This document shows, in pieces, positions 38,096 to 50,720 of a stretch of 64,000 bases of DNA. Under the pieces are notes generated by a model, which was given only the letters and a program-made list of their open reading frames with translations, was not told the DNA's origin and searched no databases. Source of the DNA: Camelus ferus. Taxonomy: Eukaryota. The DNA is taken from contig NC_045697.1 of assembly GCF_009834535.1 (NCBI RefSeq), forward strand, positions 43,898,001 through 43,962,000, in the 5' to 3' direction. A program made the translations under genes and the position numbers. How positions within the stretch are numbered: the stretch's first letter is position 1; each line of letters begins with the position of its first letter.

Positions 38096-40568
38096 GTTTA
38101 ATTCTCGCTTGGATGGGACGAGAGGTTCCCGATGATCCCTATTCTGTCATCTTCCCAGAATCTCCGCCAGTCCCAGTATTTTATCTCCACTTCTCACTGT
38201 TCCATGCAGGACCAAGGCTTCTTGTTTGTTTGTTTTTTGTTTTGTTTTTAAAATCCAACCTGTTTCTTAAATTAGTTGAGTTCGTCATCTGTCATGCATA
38301 AAGCTAAGCCATTGGCTAAATCACACCGTTTTCCTTCATTTTCTTCCTCTTTTCTGTATTTCCTGTGTTGACCACAAGTTGAAAACCTGTTATTACAAAG
38401 CTGAAAAATTGAACTCATCTTTACATCATTGTATGTGATCTTTCTTTTAAAGACTAAGCAATAATTTTGAAGTGTAAAGAGACAAAAAGCATTTGAATTC
38501 AGTCATTTATGCATATGGTTGGTTTAAGAAGCCTAATGAGGCCAGAAGGAGTAAAGACAAGTGTCAGGCTCAGATATCTCTTCTGGGCCAAGGGTGATCA
38601 AGCCTCTGCCGGGTTCGGAGAGTCTCCAGCCCAACAAATCTGGGGATCCTGAAAAGCCTGTCAGGTATCTTGTTTCCTGACAACCACCGTGCACGGATTC
38701 CCTGGACGTTGTGTCCCTGTTGCTTGTGTGCAGAGCGAAGAAACAGCCAAGAGCCAAGAGTTCAGGTGCAGCCAGACGGGCTCAGGATGGGAGGGGACCC
38801 GGGCAAGCGTCTCTACCAGCAGATTTGAGGCTAGGAGTACATTGGACTCAGATCGTCCCCCAACCCCAGACCCCTGACAACCCCAGCATTTTATTGAATT
38901 ATCAACCAGTCAAGCAAAAGGGCTAGGGTGGGGATTTTGGGGAATGGGGGGAGAGGGGTGGTGGTTAGTTTTTGACTGGTGACCTTTAAAGCATTAGGGG
39001 ACGTTTAGCCCCTAGAAGGTGTAGGGTGCCTCTCCATTTGCCTGTCTACCTGGCCTGTAGTTACTGTGCTATTGTGTTCTGCCAGGGGTTGCCCTTTGCA
39101 AGCAAGCAGCTGCTGTTTTTGCTGGCCTGTTCCTCCAGCGAAGCCTTACTTTCGGTTTCCCTTACGATTCTAGTTTCTAGTTTCGTTTCAGAGCTAGCTA
39201 GCGGGCTTGAGCCTTACAGATAAGAGTGAGAGAAAGATAAGAATTTCCTATACAAATGTAGGGAAAAGTTCCAAGTATCAATAAAGGATGTAAAATTCTT
39301 TGTTTTATATATTATTCCCTAAATATTCAAAAAATGAAGAGCTCCTTCATATAACATAGTCAAGGTCTTTTGGTTTGGTTGTTTTGACTCATGGGACAGA
39401 TTACAAAATATTCTTAGTATCAACCAACCACCTCACCTCTGAATCTTCAATTGCGCTTAGTTTTGAGTTTTCTTACCTTTTCACTGGAGTTTCCTAACAC
39501 CAAAACACCCGATATTCAGAACTGGAGTATTCTTGTTTTTTTTTAAACATTCCTTATTGTGGTATGGTTCCTGTACAGTAAACTACACATATTTCAGATG
39601 TACAATTTGGTGAGTTTTGATAGATGTATACACTCATGAAACCACCACCACAATCAAGATAGCTACCATTTCCATTGCTCCCCAAGAGGTGCAATTTTCG
39701 AATTCCTAATTTATCCCTTCCCACCCTCTTTAGCCCCTGGTAACCATAGGTTTAGAACTGGAGTGTTCTAAGCATGGCCCTTTTTATCTCCTTAGTTGGG
39801 TCTAAGACCCAATGCATTTTACTTTCACTTCAACTCTGAAGATGATACAATCCCTGTACAGTGGAGGGTCTTCATATGTCCTTCTCTTTCTCTGTTTATT
39901 ATTAAACTAGACCTGGTACTACCAGGGACTCCACTTCAGGTGTCCAGAATCCACAACCATCATGGAACATTGGTAAGAAGGTAGGATCAGTAAACACAAA
40001 ACTGCCAACTAATGCCCAACATGACTCTCATGCCCAACTCTACAGACAGTATCCTTGCCTTCTTTCTTGGGACCTATATCACTTGATTGATACCTATGGC
40101 CCAGTTTCCATGACTATGATCCTACCTGGTCACACTATCCCTCCCAAGGTCTTGAGTCCTGCCCCACTGAGCCCTAGTCTCCAGACCCAGGTCTCTGTTT
40201 CCTGATGCAGACAGCAGTAGGTGGACTGTTTGGATTTTCAAATTTGGATGTTTGTACCCTAAAAAGTAAATGTCAAAAGAAAACAACAAAAAAGAATGGG
40301 GAAAAAAAGATCTTTTTGGTAAGACAAAACAAAAAAGAAATAAAAAAACTGGCAAAGCAAAATTCCTACTGAAAAGAGGACAGTTCCTTCCAACACACTT
40401 CAGAGTACAGGATATGTCTATGGATATTTTGAAATGCTGCCTATAAGTTTAATTATTTCTCCATAGTTTACAATGATAAATATTTTGTATTCAAATGCCA
40501 AAGTTAGTCATTTCATGGTCAATTTAATTGTGTGTGTATGTGTATGTGTCCCGGTGGCCTTAATGGCT

Positions 40569-43500
40569 GTTTTTTTTTTTTTAATTGAATTGTAATTGAC
40601 ATACAATATTATATTAGTTTCAGGTATACAACAAAGAGGTTTGATATCCTCATACATTTATAGTAAATGATCACCACTATAAGTCTAGTTACCAACTGTC
40701 ACCATGCAGAGTTATTAAAATATTGACTATATTCTTTATGCTGTATATTGTATCACATGCTTTACTTACTTTACAACTGGAAGTTTGTACCTATTAATCC
40801 CCTTCACCTATTTCCCCCATTTCCCCCTCCTCCTCCACTCCGGTGGCCATCATTTTGTTCTCTGTATCTATGAGTCTGTTTCTGCTTTGTTTTGTTTGTT
40901 TATTTGTTTTGTTTTTTAGATTCCACATATAAGTGAAATCATACAGCATTTGTCTGTCTCTGTCTGACTTATACCCTCTGGGTCCACCCATGTTGTCACA
41001 AATGGCAAGATTTCATTCTTTTTTATGGCTGAGTAATATTCCATTTATACATATACACCATCTTCTTTACTCATTTCATCTATGGGTGGACACTTAAGTT
41101 GCTTTCATATCCTGGTTATTGTAAAATAGTGCTTTAGTGAACTATAGAATATGTTTCAAATTAGTGTTTGGGGGGGTTTTTTGTGTGTAAATAGCCAGAA
41201 ATAGAACTGCTAGACCATTTGGTAGTTTTATTTTTAGTTTTTTGAGAAATTTCTATAGTTTTCCATGGTGGCTATACCAAGTTACATTTCTACCAACTGT
41301 GCACCAGGACTCCCCTTTTCCCACATCTTCACCAACACTCATTGTTTCCTGTCTTTTTGATAATAGCTATTCTGACAGGTGTGAAGTGATATCTCATCAT
41401 GGTTTTGATTTGGATTTCCCTGATGATTAGTGATGTTGAGCATCTTCTCATGTGCCTGTTGCTCATCTGTATATCTTCTTTGGAAAAAGTCTATTCAGGT
41501 ACTCTGCCCATTTTTTAATCAGGTAGTTTGTTTTCTTTTTTATGTTGAGTTGTAGAAGTTCTTTCTATATTTTGAATATCAACCCCTTATCATATTATAT
41601 CATTTGCCAATGTCTTCTTCCATTCAGTAGGATGCCTTTTCATTTTGTTTATGGTTTTCTTGGCTACGCAAAAACTTTTTAGTTTGATTTGGTCCTAATT
41701 GTTTATTTTTTTCTTTTGTTTCCCTTGCCTGAGGGAACAGATTCAAAAAAATATTGCTAAGACAGATGTCAAAGAGATTACTGCTTATGTTTTCTTCCAG
41801 GAGTTTTATGGCTTCAAGTCTTACATGTATGTCTTTAATCCATTTTGAGTTTACTTTTGTATATGGTATTTTAAAAGTGGTCCAGTTTCATTGTTTTGCA
41901 GTTTTTCAACCACAAGTTATTGAAGAGGATGTCTTCATCCCATTGTATATTGTTACCTCCTTTGTTGTAGATTAATTGATTGATCATAGTGTGTGGGTTT
42001 ATTTCTGGGCTGTCTATTCTGTTCCATTGATCTGTGTGTCTGTTTTTGTGTCAGTATTACACTCTTTTGATTACAGTGGCTTTGGAATATGGTTTGATGT
42101 CAGGGAATGTGATGCCTCCAGCTTTGTTCGTCATTCTCAAGATTGCTTTGGCTATTGGGGTCTGTACAAATTTTAGCATCATTTGTCCCTGTTCTGTGAA
42201 AAATGCCATTGATATTTTGACAGAAATTGCATTGAATCTGTAGATTGCTTTGTGTAGTATGGTCATTTTAACAATATTAATTCTTTCCATCCATGAGCAC
42301 AGTGCATCTTTCCATTTACTTGTGTCATCTTCAATTTCTTTCATCAATGTCTTATATCGTTTTCAGAATTACAGATCTTTGCCTCCTTGGTTAAATTTAT
42401 TTCTTGGTATTTTAATCTTTTTGATGCAATTGCAAGTGGGATTGTTTTCCTCATTCCTCTTTCTGATATTTCATTATTAGTGTTTGAAATGCAACATAGT
42501 TCTGTATATTTATTTTATATGCTGCAAATTTACCGAATTCCTTTATTAGTTCTAATTGTGTTTTATTGGCATCCCTAGGGTTTTCTATATATAGTATCAT
42601 GTCATCTACAAGTAGTGACAGTTTTACTTCTTCTTTTCCAATTTGGATGCCTTTTATTTCTTTTTTTCATTTGCCTAATTGCTCTGGTTAGGACTTCCTA
42701 CTACTAAGTTGAATAAAAGAGATGACAGTGGGTAGCCTTGTCTTCCTGATCTTAGAGGAAAAGCTTCCAGCTTTTCAACATTGAGTATGTGGGTTCATCA
42801 AATATGGTCCTTATTGTATTGAGATACATTCCCTTCATATCCTTTTGTTAAGAGTTTTCATCATAAATGGATGTTGAATTTTGTCAAAAGCTTTTTATGC
42901 ATCTATTGAGATGATAAGACGATTTTATCCTTTGTTTTGTCAGTGTGGTGTATCACACTGATAGAATCATGAATGTTAAACCATCTTTGCATCCCTGGAA
43001 TGAATCCCACTAGATCATGGTGTATGATCTTTTTAATGTATATTAAATTAGTTTGCTAGTATTTTCTTGAGGTTTTTTCATTTATGTTCATCAGGAATAT
43101 TGGCCTATAATTTTCCTTTTGTAATGCTTTTGTCTCGTTTTGTTATCAGGGCCTTTTAAAATGAGTTTAGAAGTATTCCTTCCTCTTCAATTTTTTGGAA
43201 TAATTTGAAAAGGATAGGTATTAAGTTTTCTTTAAAGGTGTGGTATAATTCACCTGCGAAGCCATCTGGACCTGGACTTTTGTTTATTGGGAGTTTTTTG
43301 ATTACTGATTCAATTTCATCAGTAGTAATTAGACTATTCAGATTTTCTATTTCTTCAAAATTCAGTCTTAGAATACTGTATATTTCTAGGAACTTACCCA
43401 TTTTTTTCCAGGTTGTCTAATTTGTTGGCATATAATTGTTCCTAGTATTCTCTTATGATCCTTTGTATTTCTCTGGTATTGGTTGTAATTTCTCCTCTTT

Positions 43501-43847
43501 CATTTCTGATTTTATTTATTTGAGCTCTCTTCTTTTCTTGATGAGTCTGGCTAAAGGTCATCAATTTTGTTTATCCTCTCAAAGAACCAGCTCTTAGTTT
43601 CATTGATTTTTTTCTTTTTTAAAAGTCTTTATTTTGTTTATTTCCACTCTGATATTTATTATTTCCTTCCTTCTATAACTTTGGGCTTTATTCTTCTTTT
43701 TCTAGTTCCTTTCAATGTAAAGTTAGATTATGTACTTGAGGTTTCTCTTGTTTCCTGAGATAAGCCTGTAACACTATGAACTTCCCTCTTGGACTTGCTT
43801 TTGCTGAGTCCCATAGATTTGGCAAAGTTATGTTCCCTTTTCGTTTC
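40569..43847 (-). mobile_element. Older LINE-1, ~3.3 kb (decayed ORF2 RT region and 3' UTR)
   Basis: Poly-T at 40569; minus-strand ORF fragments with L1 ORF2 motifs ([42 protein letters not shown]); many stops/frameshifts. Confidence 0.95.
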
Positions 43848-46239
43848 AACTTATGTTCTATTAAGTATTTCAGAGCTGCAATCAACTACAGTCTAGGTAG
43901 TTTTTATTAACTTTTCCTCAAATGGATATTTCTACCTGTTACATATTTTGTCATGTATTAAAGTCCTGAAATTGAAATTAAGAAGAAGTAATCAGACAGA
44001 AAAACCTAAATTCTCAGGAAAGAAAAAAAAGTGAGAAGGAGAAGAAGCAAGGGTGGGAGGGAGGGAGAGGGTGTAGGGAGAGGGGAAGGCTTAATTAAGT
44101 GGAATAGATCGCACAGAGTTTGATTGCGGACATGCTGAGTTTGAAATGCCCATGACCCTCAAGTGTAGATATTTAGCTGGCATTTGAAGTCATGAGCTCA
44201 ACAGGATGGTCTGGGATGGAGACACAGGTTTGGAAATCACCAGCATGCAGCTGATAGTTAAAACTGGGAGGATGAGATTGCCCAGAAGGAGTGCGGAGAG
44301 TGCGGAGAGCAGGGCTAACGGTCAGAGCCCACGGTGGCATCAGTATTTGGGGCTGGCAAAGGGAGGGCAGACCACAAAGAAAGCCGAGACTAAGTGCCCT
44401 TGCCAGTTGTGCGAGCTTCAGCAGATCACTTGGCTTTTCTGAGCCCCAAATTTCTCACCTCTGAAATAGAATTAAGGCTTTTCCACTACTCACTAGATTT
44501 CAAGGTTTAAAAGAAATAATTCACTGGTATAGGAACAAGATTTGTCAACTACAAAGCGTAATACACATAAGCATCAATAATTTCTCAGGTCCGAAAGGTC
44601 ACCTGAGTTTGGTCACGTACACTGTGCATGGGAAAGGAACATGCTCCGTAATGTCAGTTCTTATAAAACACATTACAGAAAGCCTCTGTGAGCATTGACT
44701 TTATCCACTTGCCAAGAGAGGAAAGTAGACAACACAACATAGCCACATCTGTGGGCCAAAGATCTGTTTATCATCTGGAATAAAAATAAGCAACAAGCAA
44801 TATCTTCAGGAAGCAGTGAACGTTGGTAGAATGATGACTTTGCCTGCAAAGCAATCTGTTGGATTGTCTCCTCTGTGGGTTTCAAGAATTTTTGGCCAGT
44901 AATAGGGAAGGAATTAAAATTGTGAAAGCTCTCCAAGTGAGGGCTGAACATCTGCTTGTGGAGGACAATCCAGATTGCTGCTTTCGTCACCAAGCCACAA
45001 CCTGCAGAGAGGATCCAGCCGCAGAATCTCACGCCTTGGAGCTGTGGACATGGCTGTTGGGTGACCATGTGATTTCAGAACAAATACTAAATGCGGCGGT
45101 ACCTGATTTCAAAGCCATACAGTATATATTATAAACTTAACGATGAGCAAAGACATTTATAATATTGTCACTCAATGGCATGTCGTTGCTTTCAGAAATA
45201 AGCCTCAATACAAGACTGTTTAATGGAGAAAAATAAAAGCAGACCCCCAGCCATCCTATGCTTCTTATTGAGACTTTTCTCCCATCTTCTCTCCTCCCTC
45301 AGACTCAGAAACCTCAAAAATTTATTCTCCTCTCTCCCTCTTCCTCACGGCAGCTCATGACAAACATCTCCCGGTGAACTACCTCCTCTGTCCACCAAGT
45401 CTCCCAAACCACCACCAGAGGAAACATTTCTAAACTAGGAAGTAGTACATTTACTACCCTAACCTGATGTATCTGCCTTTGGACACCTTCATCAAAGCCC
45501 AGATGTTCTTGGAGACAGTGGGGGAGGGACAGGGAATGGGGGCAGTTGGGGGGGGGTCTTATACTTGTATGACCAAGAATATTCACTTCATTGTTCGTCT
45601 TTTAGTTTTTATTGATTAAAACAAAATAGAGATGTGTTCATCTGAGACCCAGGGGCTGATGGGTCTCCAGTTTTAAATTTGAAGAACAGAAACCAATACA
45701 CTTTCCCCAGAATGATACTCCTTTTGTGTTCCTTTAGCCCCTAGTCCAGCATTATCCCAGTCGGCCCACTTCCCGGAGACAGTGCACAGCAAACCTCTCA
45801 GTCTGGCCCAGAACAGTCCAGGGATGGCTGGTGGGGGCAGTGCTGCTTGTTTGGTGCATTCAGGTTCCGCTATGGCCGTCAAGTTACTTACATTTAAAAT
45901 GGAACTAGTTTTCTGCTTCTGATCTCTCTGGACTCACCTGGCTAAAGATAGACTTTTAAAACATCTGATGATCCTTTCAAACCAAGAAACTACATTTTCC
46001 ACCCCTAAAACTGAAAACAAAATTCTCTCTCCCAGAACAAAAGAAGAATCTTCCCCAAAATCTGCAATTTTCACTGAGAGCAAAAACACACATTTCTGGC
46101 AGCTCAAGGGTAGCCACTTTTTAAGGTTTCCAGCCATCAAACGCATTTAGGTCCAAAGTCTGAGAGGCACAATCAAGAAAAGATAAATGCGAATGAATCA
46201 GGCTGGGGGACTTGAAGAAAAGGAAGAAATTTAGGATAG

Positions 46240-46800
46240 TGTGCTTTCAGCTTGAGCAGCCAAATGGAGGGGAGGGCCACTAAGCCAAATGGGGAAGTCT
46301 GGAGTAGGGTGGGAGGAGAGGTTTTGAGAAAACTGAAAGCTCTCTTTGGACTCGTCAAGTTTGAGATGTCTATGCAGCATCCAAAGGAACAAGTCAGGAA
46401 AGCAGACATCAAGAGGTTGTCGGTCAAAGGAGAGACCCAGTGAGGAATCGCAAATTTCGGACTTGATGGCACTACACTGGTGCTTGAATCGATGGCAGTG
46501 AATGAGAGGAGCTAGGAAGGGCAGAGACAGAAGAAAGAGGGTCTAGGGCCAGGCCTGAGGAACTCCAAGATTTGGACATTAGTTAGAAAATGAAACATTA
46601 ACAAAATTCAGAAGGAGCAGCTTGTGTGGAGGGGAGAGTGAAACCAAGGGAGATAGAAGAGGACAGTGTTTCAAAAGTGAGAGACCAAATTATATGCAGA
46701 CACTTGAACTGTGCTACTGGAATGGAACTGAAGACCTTTTGGAGAGCTTCTCCCATTTTGCAGTATGTGTGCGGGGGGATGGGGGACAGGAGCAAATGAT
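46240..46800 (-). mobile_element. L2 fragment; duplicate at ~58580-59140
   Basis: tttggactcgtcaagtttgagatgtctat...catcca; gagaggagctaggaag. Confidence 0.6.
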
Positions 46801-48642
46801 TTCTCCTGGGGATGACTATGAAAGGGTAACTATCTTGGGGGAATAAAATGGTCTGATTATTCCTTTCCACATTTGGAGCGTGATCAAGGCCAGAAAAATG
46901 AATGAGTGGAAAGGGTGGCTCCGAGAGGGACAAGGAGAAGGTTAGACACCAGTCAATTTCCCTTTTTTTGAGTTCCTCTAAATCCCGAAAATCAACTCAG
47001 TTTAATCGTGTGGCTCACTAAACAGTCAGGTCCCAAGGGCTGTCTCTGTCCTGAATAATCACGTGCAGGAAACTGATCGCTCAGTTTTCCAGATTCCCTC
47101 AGAAATAAGCCATCTTTCTGGTGTTCTGCAGGAAATGGCTGTCATCTCATCCTTGGGTCAGTTTTTTAGGACATGCTGACTTGCATCACATTCTCACACT
47201 TCCAGCCAGGACTCTCGGTTCATGGCAGGATGGGAGGTGGGGGATAGAGGGAGGCAGGCTCTGTCCACTTTTCTTGGCGTGGTGAACTGAAGTCTCACAG
47301 AACAGGCTGGCATGTAGACCCCCTAAGACAGACCACGTCGTCTTCATTTCTTCACCCGCTTCAGAGCTTAGCAGAGAGTGTTGCCATAGGAAGCACTGCA
47401 CAAATAGTTCATTCAGTAAGTATTTAGTCAGTGCTACTACGTGCCTCTCTGAGCCTCAGTTTATGAACTTATAAAATGGGCATCATAAGAGTACCTACCC
47501 CATAGGGTTGATGTAAAGAGAAAATGAAATAACATAGACTGAAAGTGATTAGAAGAGTCCTTGACACATAGTAAGTGCCCAAGAACAGTTGATTACCTTT
47601 GTTATCATGGTTGTCATTTGCCAAGCATCATCCAAAGCTCTGAATAGAAGGTGGTTAAAAAAAAAAAAAAAAAGACTATCATCATGGAGCTAAAATTCAA
47701 AAGCTGTTGTTGAACAAATAAATACTTTTACCACTTTTACCAACAATTTCCGCAAACGAATGTTTCCCTTTGTACTTTCACTGAGTGTCTCTACTCACTC
47801 CCTGTAAGCTCCCCCATCTCTAGTCATTAAAGAAACACCAAAGAATCAGGAAATTCTTACGAGACTCGCAGGTGAGTCATTTCCCTAGAGTGGAAGCATG
47901 TGCTTTGGGAGCTCGGCAAGAGTCTGGCCACTTTGTGAAACTGGAGGGGACGCCACAGCAGTGATGACCTCCACTCAGCCAACATCTCCTGAGTGTGCTC
48001 TGTGTGGCCCTGGGGACACGAGGATGGACACCGGGACATGGCATCTGCCCTCCAGAGCTCAGAGGAGGGGCGCAGCCTGGTCATCCCTGCCTCGACCTAA
48101 GCTGTCCGCACTGCCAGAATTCAAACATGTTTTCTACTATGGGATGAAGATGCGCTGCCTGTAGTCAACTTGCATGAAGACTGAAGAAATACTGATTCCC
48201 ACACCTCACCCTGTGTGAAAAAACCCAGAGGGAGGGAGAGAGTGGGAGCCTGTGCTGCTAACACAATCACTGGTGACTCCAAGACACACCAGAGTTTGAA
48301 CATTGCTGCTTGTGGGTTAGCGGAAGCTTGATTCTGATCTATGGTCGGTTTCATATTACCTGCAGGCTTTAATATCCTGGATTTGTTCCAATTTCTGAGC
48401 TCGCAAGCCTTGTATGAATTATCAGGGTGTTAGTTATGTTTACACCAACTACTCTGCTTTTGGCTTTCCAAAGCATTTTCCTAGATCATCATTTTTAAAT
48501 GTTACTTCATTCATCAACACCCAAATAAAAAGTGTTCCACTTTAATTTTTTGCAAATAATAAAGATTAAGATGTTCGCCATTATTCCAATTTCTCATGTC
48601 TTTCTACAAAAAGAAAAAATCCTCATAAACAGCTTTGTACAT

Positions 48643-49192
48643 TGTATTAGTCACCTACTCACGCATAATAAACTTCCCTACACTTAGTGGCTTAAAACAA
48701 CAATGATTATGTATTGGGTCTCATGGTTTCGATGAATCAGGAATTCAGGTGGAATCAATGGAGACAGCTTGCCTTTGCTCCATCATATCTGATCCTCGTT
48801 TGAAAGACTCAAAGGCTAGGATCTGGGACCACCTGAAGTTCATTCATTCACATGTCTGGTGGTTGATGCTGGTTTGTTGGCTGAGGGCTTTGCTGGGACT
48901 GTTGGCCAAAACATCCACATGTAGCCTCTCCATATAGACTGGTCTTCATTCAAATACGGTAGTGGGTTCCAAGGACAAGCATGGAGGGTGGGGACATCCT
49001 CTGTATGACTGAGCTTTGAAGTCATATGGCATCACTTGGGCTGCTGGTCCCTTGGTCAGGCAGTCAAAAACCTCCACCCAGATTCAGAGAAAGGGAACAC
49101 AGACTCCTACATGTGGGAATATCAGTCACAATGTAAGAAGAGTAAGTGGGGTGGGATATGGACGGCCATCTTCAGAAAATGCAATCAGCTAT
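48643..49192 (-). mobile_element. MaLR solo LTR (MLT1-type); duplicate at ~60984-61533
   Basis: tgtattagtc...cttagtggcttaaaacaacaa...tcaggaattcagg...ggccatcttcagaaaatgcaatc. Confidence 0.8.
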
Positions 49193-50460
49193 ATGCATGT
49201 AATTGGTAATAGGAACTTGTAATAAGATACTCCCAGCACACGCCGATAAAATTATCCTTGAGCATGGACACATAATTAATGAGGTTAGGAATCTAGAAAT
49301 ACACGACTGAGACTAGCTTAGATTGCACCTAAGTTAAGCCCCTCCCAGTGTGATATCAGAGCATCCTGTGCTTACCACATGGTGCTGAAATTGCCCTGAT
49401 GTCTGTCTCCCCTGAGAGTGACCTAAAGTCAGGGATTGTGTCTTGTTCACCTTTGGATTCTCAGGCTCTGTGCTGTCCAGCTATGTGCCTTGTGCTGATC
49501 ATCCCATGAGCGCTGGGCGACCCAAGAAGCTGACCAAGCACATGCCCAGGGTCCCAGCAAAGCAAGGACACAGACAGAGAAGAGAGACAACGAGGTGCTT
49601 CTTATCATTTGTCTAGGATTTGGCAAATTAAAAACGCATTTGAATTTCAGTTCATGCAAACGACATGTCATTTCAAAAAATAAACATTTATTTTCTCAGA
49701 GCATAAGAGCTTGCAAGATTCTGCCCGCAACTCCTTTTCTGCTGTTGACCTCTTCACCATGGTGCAGTTACCACCACACCTGTTCATCCCCACAGGTGAG
49801 ATGAATGTGGAGAGATGCCACTCTCAGTACTGTTCTGTCCCTTTGTTCCATTCTACCATCACAGACATGGAATTATGAGTGTATTACGCTTCTCTAAAAC
49901 ACTGGCAGCTACTGGAATTACAATGGACAGGAGTTAAAAAAAGAAATTATTAAAATGTGTATATAAAATTTTATTCTGTATGATACTACAGTGGTGGCCA
50001 CATGTCATTATGCATTTGCCAAAACCCATAGAATGTACAACATCAAGAATGTACAACCCCTAATGTAAACCATGGACTTTGGTTGATAATAACGTGCCCT
50101 TATTGGTTCATCAATTGTACCAAATGTGCCACACTGACGAGGGATGTTGAGGGTAGGGGAGTATATATGTGTGGGTGGGGAGGGCTATGTGTGAACTCTG
50201 TATTTTCTGCTCAGTTCTGTTGTGAACCTGAAACTGCTCTAAAAGAATAAAGTCTATTTAGAAAAAAAAAAAGAAAGAAAGAATAAAATCTATAATTCAA
50301 AGCACATTAAATACTTTAAAAAAATAACAGTTGTGCATATGTGGGTTTATTGTGTATGTTAGATTTTTTTGGAAACAAGAAATCTTCAGAATAAGTTAAT
50401 AAAAGAAAACAAGGCCCAGAAGAGCATATAGTTATTGTGTGTAAGAAAAAAAACAATATC

Positions 50461-50587
50461 GGTGGAGATAGATTAGGAGTTTGGTATTAACAGATATACA
50501 TTACTATACATAAAATAGAGAAACAACAAAGACTTACTGCACAGGGAACTATATTCAATTTCTTGTAATGAGCTGTAATGGAAAAGA

Positions 50588-50629
<42 letters not shown>

Positions 50630-50720
50630 GTATGAATCACTTTGCTATACACCTGAAACTAACATTGTAAATTGACTACACTTCAACTAAAAATAAAAAA
50701 AATTTTTAAAGAAAGAAAGA
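50461..50720 (+). mobile_element. Artiodactyl-type L1 3' end with internal (TG)n; duplicated at ~62800-63050
   Basis: cacagggaactatattcaat...gaatcactttgctatacacctgaaactaac motif; TSD AAACAATATC at 50451-50460 and 50721-50730. Confidence 0.85.
50593..50631. repeat. (TG)n microsatellite; shorter allele in duplicate at ~62930-62963
   Basis: Direct reading; length differs between the two duplicate copies. Confidence 0.9.
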
